Shown here: one piece after another, positions 29,167 to 33,438 of the stretch
Layout of the letters: the number at the start of each line of letters is the position of its first letter
Numbering within the stretch: the stretch's first letter is position 1
Sequence record: SRR33789315_22
DNA: 33,438 nt
Strand: one strand, 5' to 3'
The notes under the pieces: generated by a model
The model's input: the letters and a program-made list of their open reading frames with translations, nothing else
Told to the model about the DNA's origin: nothing
The model's database searches: none
Program-made: the position numbers and the translations under genes

Positions 29167-29868
29167 ATGAAAAAAGTCATATTATTTTTAGTCTTGATCC
29201 TTGTCATAAATACGTATGCACAACGCGCGGTAAACCTTACTGAAAATATGGATAAAGATGAGGAAGTATTTCTCAATTTTAAATTTGCCAATGACATTCA
29301 AGTATTACAATGGGACAAGAATCAGATCAGCATAAAAGCTACTGTCAATATAAACGAGGGTGAAGGAGATGAATTCTTCAGTTTGCTAACCGAAAGAAGC
29401 AAGAGTCAAATTGAAATCCGTTCTGATTTTGGAGATTATTTTAAAAACCGAAATAAAAATGGATCGTGTAATGATTGCTGTAACAATACCACAGAAATCA
29501 GTTATGTGGTTTATGTTCCATCAAATATTCATTTAAAAGTAAAAAGTATTTCGGGAAATCTTAAAGCCGAAAATTTTACCGGAAACTTAGATACAGACCT
29601 AGTTTCTGGGGATGTGCTTATCACCGGATTTAAGGGTGAATTACTACTAAAAACGGTTAGCGGGGATCTGGATGTGCGCATAAACAGTGCCCAGATTGAT
29701 GCCAAAACCCTAACTGGAACCATCTATTCTGATCTAGAAATAGACTTCTTAACAGATCATCCCGAAAGGTCTTCTGGCTATAATAAGGTTGTGGGAACCG
29801 TAAACAAAGGGAACCAGACCGTGAAACTACAAACAGTATCGGGTGATATTTTTATGCGAAAAGGATAA
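29167..29868 (+). CDS. DUF4097 family beta-strand repeat protein
   Basis: Signal peptide; repeats SISGNL, LVSGDV, TVSGDL, TLTGTI, TVSGDI. Confidence 0.82.
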   Translation: MKKVILFLVLILVINTYAQRAVNLTENMDKDEEVFLNFKFANDIQVLQWDKNQISIKATVNINEGEGDEFFSLLTERSKSQIEIRSDFGDYFKNRNKNGSCNDCCNNTTEISYVVYVPSNIHLKVKSISGNLKAENFTGNLDTDLVSGDVLITGFKGELLLKTVSGDLDVRINSAQIDAKTLTGTIYSDLEIDFLTDHPERSSGYNKVVGTVNKGNQTVKLQTVSGDIFMRKG

Positions 29869-29888
29869 GCTAATTTCAAAAAGTAATC

Positions 29889-31304
29889 ATGAAAAAAATC
29901 CTTTTCGCGTTTTTTATCTTGACAGTTTTTGCTTCTTGCAAACCAGAAAAAGAAACTACTGAATTTAATATAATTCATAACAAAAAAACCGAAAGACTGG
30001 ATTCCCTTTACACAGATCATTACAAAAAAGGAGAATTTAATGGTAATGTCCTTGTTGCCGAAAATGGGAATATAATCTTCCAAAAAAGCTTCGGTTTAGC
30101 AAATGAAGATACCAAAGAGCAGCTGAATGTTGAAACGGCTTTTGAACTAGCTTCGGTTTCTAAACAGTTCACAGCAATGGGAATCGTACAACTGCAAAAA
30201 GAGGATAAACTTTCGTATGATGACCCCATAAGTAAATACATTCCCGAATTAAAGAATTACGAAGGGATTTCAATCCAAAACTTACTGGAACATACAGGTG
30301 GTTTGCCTGATTATATGACCATTATGGAAAAAAATTGGGATAAGACCAAGTTTGCAACCAATGAAAGCGTTATTAAACTTTTTCAAGAATTACAACCAGA
30401 AAAAGAGTTTGAACCCGGAGAAAAATTCAGATATAGTAACACCGGGTATTTATTGCTGGGAACCATCATGGAAAGAGTAAGCGGAAAATCATTTGAAGCT
30501 TATTTAAAGGAAAAAATATTCATTCCTCTTGAAATGGAGAACACATTTGTATATAGGAGACGATACCAACCAAAAGAAATCAAAAATTATGCTCAAGGCT
30601 ATATATATTCAGACAGCCTAAAGCGAAAGATTTTGCCTGATGAAAAAGGGATGGGTTTTTATAATGTCTATTTGGATGGCATTGTCGGAGATGGAATGGT
30701 CAATACCACTTTACACGATTTATTCAAATGGGATAGGGCGCTTTACGAAAATACTTTGGTCAATGCGGAAGACAAAAAGTTAATTTTCAATTCATATAAA
30801 ACTAAAGACGGTGAAGAAACTGGTTATGGATTTGGTTGGTTTGTAAAGCAAGATAGTTTATACGGAAAAATTGTTTCCCATAGCGGTGGTTGGGCTGGAT
30901 ATACAACCTTTATTGAGCGTCAAATAGATAATGACAAAACCATTATTATGCTTCAAAATAACCGTACCAAGCTAACGAAACTTCCTTTAAAGAATACCCG
31001 AAAAATACTGTATAACCAAGCTGTAGAAATCCCTTTTACGCTCGATAAAAACATACTTTTAAAATATGCTGGAGATTATAGTTCTGAAAACGGAAATATA
31101 GAAAAAATCGAGTTTGACTATAATAGGCTCTGGGCAAATACTCATTATGAATTAAAACCTATTTCTGAAACAAAATTTGCCGTCATAGGATTTAGCCCAA
31201 CAGTTACTTATGAGTTTATTTTGGATGAAAACGAAAATGTTGAAAAATTAAGAATACAACAAATTGGTACAGGATTAGACAAAATAGCAATGCGACAAAA
31301 ATAA
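29889..31304 (+). CDS. Serine hydrolase, beta-lactamase/AmpC-like (D-Ala-D-Ala peptidase family) lipoprotein
   Basis: Lipobox FASC; SVSK (SxxK), LLEHTGG, YSN, HSGG motifs; extra C-terminal beta domain. Confidence 0.88.
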   Translation: MKKILFAFFILTVFASCKPEKETTEFNIIHNKKTERLDSLYTDHYKKGEFNGNVLVAENGNIIFQKSFGLANEDTKEQLNVETAFELASVSKQFTAMGIVQLQKEDKLSYDDPISKYIPELKNYEGISIQNLLEHTGGLPDYMTIMEKNWDKTKFATNESVIKLFQELQPEKEFEPGEKFRYSNTGYLLLGTIMERVSGKSFEAYLKEKIFIPLEMENTFVYRRRYQPKEIKNYAQGYIYSDSLKRKILPDEKGMGFYNVYLDGIVGDGMVNTTLHDLFKWDRALYENTLVNAEDKKLIFNSYKTKDGEETGYGFGWFVKQDSLYGKIVSHSGGWAGYTTFIERQIDNDKTIIMLQNNRTKLTKLPLKNTRKILYNQAVEIPFTLDKNILLKYAGDYSSENGNIEKIEFDYNRLWANTHYELKPISETKFAVIGFSPTVTYEFILDENENVEKLRIQQIGTGLDKIAMRQK

Positions 31305-31309
31305 GGGTT

Positions 31310-31397
31310 TATAAAGGCTATGGCTATGTGACGTAGCGTGGTTTTGTTACTCAGTTAGGGAAAAAGCACAGACGAAGAAAAATCCAAAGGATTTTCC
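31310..31397 (+). repeat. Truncated flavobacterial intergenic (attC-like) repeat
   Basis: GGCTATGTGACGTAGCGTG...AAAATCC-AAA-GGATTTT hairpin directly after the stop at 31304; resembles 33361-33438 and a repeat family recalled from Flavobacteriaceae genomes. Confidence 0.4.
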
Positions 31398-31427
31398 TTT
31401 ATGTAAAAGTGTAGGTCTCCCTGCAAT

Positions 31428-31629
31428 ATGGTTAAGTAAAATATACGCCTTAGGATTAAAACAGTCCAATAAATGTATGCAGCTATCCGCCATATCCTAC
31501 AACCTAAAATAGTACCTTAAGTTTATTGAAAAACGCTCCAAAAGTGGAGCAGCAATGCTTGACTTGTTCTTGGAGCAGAAAACAATCTTACCATTACTAA
31601 CGGTCCATTTTAACAACACCAATTTTTAG
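31428..31629 (+). pseudogene. IS1182-like transposase C-terminal fragment
   Basis: Frame through 31441 reads LSKIYALGLKQSNKCMQLSAISYNLK*YLKFIEKRSKSGAAML..NF* (in-frame TAG 31510-31512). It resembles the G.KQANK.M..AAIAYNLKKYLKF tail recalled for flavobacterial IS1182 DDE transposases. Confidence 0.72.
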
Positions 31630-31652
31630 ACCTATCTAGCTATATAAAAGAG

Positions 31653-31673
31653 AAAACCGCCTGAAAGCGGCTT
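31653..31673. terminator. Hairpin, terminator-like on minus strand; may belong to the IS1182 3' region
   Basis: Minus strand AGCCGC-TTTCAG-GCGGTT-TTCTCTTTT. Confidence 0.5.
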
Positions 31674-31838
31674 AAATGAGTGTGCTTTTTAAGCACTTTG
31701 AATAGATTCTTTATTTTTCTTTGTTTTAAAAAAGTCTTTACCAAAGCTTATTAGTTTTGTAAATCCACCAGTTCCGATGATAAATCCCAGTGCATACCAT
31801 TTTCCATTATTATTTGAACTTAGAATAGTTTAAATATA

Positions 31839-32933
31839 TTATTTCATTTTTTTATCGATTGTAGTTTTCATTGCGTAGTAATCCATTTCGAAGCAAACTC
31901 GACCTAATAATATAGCAGGGTTAATTCTATGTTTATCTCCTAAAGCTTTTATTTTCTCATCGTTTAAAGGAAGATGATTGTCTAAAATGTCCTGCCATAT
32001 GTCTTTAGAGATTAGTTTTTGTTGAGCATAGTTATCTGCTTCGGTCTCGCATTTGTCCAAATTTTGTTTTCTAGTTAAGTCCATAAATTTTCTGTCCTTA
32101 TCATTTCTCAAATGCAAATCTATATGTCCAATTTCGTGCATAATTGTGAAAGCAAAATTGTCAATCCTATTATATCTCAAAGTCAATGCAATAGCTGGGT
32201 TTTTCTCTGACCAAAAAGAAAACCCGTCAATAGGTGTTTTCTCTAGCTTATCAATCAGCAACATTTTAATTCCAAATTGATTAAGTACAGCTTTAACTCT
32301 TTCTGGTGTTTCAGAATTTTCGTAGAATATGTTATTCAGATTTATACAGAGTTGATTTAAATTGTCAAAATTAAAAGTATTCGTTTTTTGATTTTTAGCT
32401 TCATATTGAGCTAATGAACTCCAAGCGAACATATTTTTCTCATCAATTTTTAATTTATCCGATTTACGATAATATGCCAATCTATCTTTAGAAAAAGAAG
32501 ACACTAAATCATCAATAGTTTCTACTTCATAGATATTCTTTATTGTTTTTATGTCGCTTTCAATGTCATCATTTAAATATTTATGTTTTTTAAGATATCG
32601 AACTGGAACATATTCTTTGATAATGCTCCATAGTTCAATATTTTTTACTTTTTTAATGTTTTTTTGCTTAACTCTTGCCTTATCAATTTCATATTGAGAT
32701 TGAAATTTCATCCAATAGTCCGCTGAAATACCTAATATCTTTTCTAATAAAATCGCAATATCTGCGGTTACTGGTCTTTTTCCTTTGATAATTTCATTTA
32801 AAAATGATGGTTTTACATCTAATTCCTTCGCCAATATTCTTTGATTTAAATTAGGCGTCGCATCTAATTCATCTTTAATTAAAACTCCTGGATGTGTTGC
32901 TTGTGCTGGTATTAAAACTTTATTTGTCGCCAT
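31839..32933 (-). CDS. higA: HigA-family antitoxin fused to ImmA/IrrE (M78) metallopeptidase-like domain
   Basis: HPGVLIKDEL, HTH LAKELDVKPSFLNEIIKGKRPVT, YWMKFQSQY; C-terminal IDG, RIDNFAFTIMHEIGH (HExxH), ETEAD. Confidence 0.88.
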   Translation of the reverse strand: MATNKVLIPAQATHPGVLIKDELDATPNLNQRILAKELDVKPSFLNEIIKGKRPVTADIAILLEKILGISADYWMKFQSQYEIDKARVKQKNIKKVKNIELWSIIKEYVPVRYLKKHKYLNDDIESDIKTIKNIYEVETIDDLVSSFSKDRLAYYRKSDKLKIDEKNMFAWSSLAQYEAKNQKTNTFNFDNLNQLCINLNNIFYENSETPERVKAVLNQFGIKMLLIDKLEKTPIDGFSFWSEKNPAIALTLRYNRIDNFAFTIMHEIGHIDLHLRNDKDRKFMDLTRKQNLDKCETEADNYAQQKLISKDIWQDILDNHLPLNDEKIKALGDKHRINPAILLGRVCFEMDYYAMKTTIDKKMK

Positions 32934-32958
32934 CTTTCCCTTTGTTTACTTTTAGTAA

Positions 32959-33279
32959 TTACTTGTAGTGATTACTCAATTCAATAATTGAGCATATTGT
33001 AATGCTATTAGGTTCTTCTCCTTTTTGTGTAGTTATAAATTCTATTCGATACTTACCATCCACTCGAACAGATTCTAATCCATTTTTATCGCAAAAAGTT
33101 TTTCATAATTCAAACTCCTAATGGGATATAAATCTTCTGTTTTTTTTTGCAACTCTTAATTTATCTATTGTTTGTATGTACTTTTTGATAACATTTGGTT
33201 GAAACCTATGCTTTTTGCTTCGAGCCTTGCCATTTTCATACAGTTCTTTTAGATAATCTTTCTCGAAATTTATTTCCAT
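32959..33279 (-). pseudogene. higB: HigB (RelE/ParE-superfamily) toxin, disrupted by two compensating frameshifts
   Basis: ATG 33279 gives MEINFEKDYLKELYENGKARSKKHRFQPNVIKKYIQTIDKLRVAKK. A shifted segment reads TEDLYPIRSLNYEKLF, then the original frame resumes DKNGLESVRVDGKYRIEF..ELSNHYK* (TAA 32961-32959). In-frame stops at 33120-33118 and 33105-33103. Confidence 0.85.
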
Positions 33280-33299
33280 AGTTTTCTTTTATCATAGTG

Positions 33300-33350
33300 C
33301 AAAGATACATATAAAAATAAAAGTTCACTAATTAAGTGAACTTTTATTTT
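33300..33350 (-). promoter_or_regulatory. higBA promoter with palindromic operator
   Basis: -7 box TATCTTTG (33307-33300, minus strand); perfect 16 bp inverted repeat AAAATAAAAGTTCACT-N5-AGTGAACTTTTATTTT at 33314-33350. Confidence 0.75.
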
Positions 33351-33360
33351 ATTCCGTAAT

Positions 33361-33438
33361 TACTGCTAGCGTGATTGTATATGAAATGTTGCGTATTTAT
33401 CTGCGAGTATTTTCCGAAGGAAAATCAGAAGCTAGCAA
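33361..33438 (+). repeat. Start of flavobacterial intergenic (attC-like) repeat, runs off the window
   Basis: TGCTAGCGTGATTGTATATGAAATGTTGCGT...ATTTTCC-GAA-GGAAAAT hairpin; recalled pattern of a multicopy Flavobacteriaceae element. Confidence 0.5.

Noticed and set aside
29889-31304. Calling the serine hydrolase an antibiotic-resistance beta-lactamase
   Set aside because: SxxK/YSN/HSG motifs are shared by many peptidases and esterases; no class-specific evidence.
31536-31578. GCTCCA/TGGAGC hairpin and TGGAGCAG direct repeat as integrase arm sites
   Set aside because: Lies inside the IS1182-like transposase reading frame; likely coincidental.
2250-32280. Short ORFs nested in or antisense to long genes (e.g. 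2250-2519, 6087-7318, 9258-9510, 12301-12600, 17244-17622, 25358-25884, 29778-30241, 32053-32280)
   Set aside because: They overlap well-supported CDSs and show no family motifs; treated as shadow ORFs.

Overview
AT-rich window from a Bacteroidota, most likely Flavobacteriaceae, chromosome, judged from T9SS C-terminal domains, TAnnTTTG-type promoters and gene content. About 1-21 kb is a carbohydrate-utilisation locus. It has three T9SS-secreted modular proteins: a GH128 glucanase, a BNR_4 (PL42/GH145-type) propeller enzyme and a non-catalytic LamG protein. It also has a DUF4861-GH43_24-tandem GH43-DUF418 operon, a LacI regulator with two visible TGTAATCGATTACA-type operators, kduI/kduD and a DUF2264/GH154 enzyme. 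Together these resemble an arabinogalactan-protein (Rha-GlcA-Gal) degradation system. No SusC/D or GH105 lies in the window. The GH128 gene is bracketed by two direct copies of a ~72 bp element; the second runs into a decayed IS1595-like transposase start. At 21-27 kb are glycogen synthase and a divergent SDR plus GH63/MGH1-like pair. At 27-31.3 kb is an ECF sigma / zinc-finger-HEAT anti-sigma / 2x DUF4097 / serine hydrolase operon. The last 2 kb is an accessory patch holding an IS1182-like transposase tail, an intact HigA-ImmA antitoxin, a HigB toxin broken by two compensating frameshifts, and attC-like repeat fragments. All family calls come from motif recognition by eye; no searches were run.
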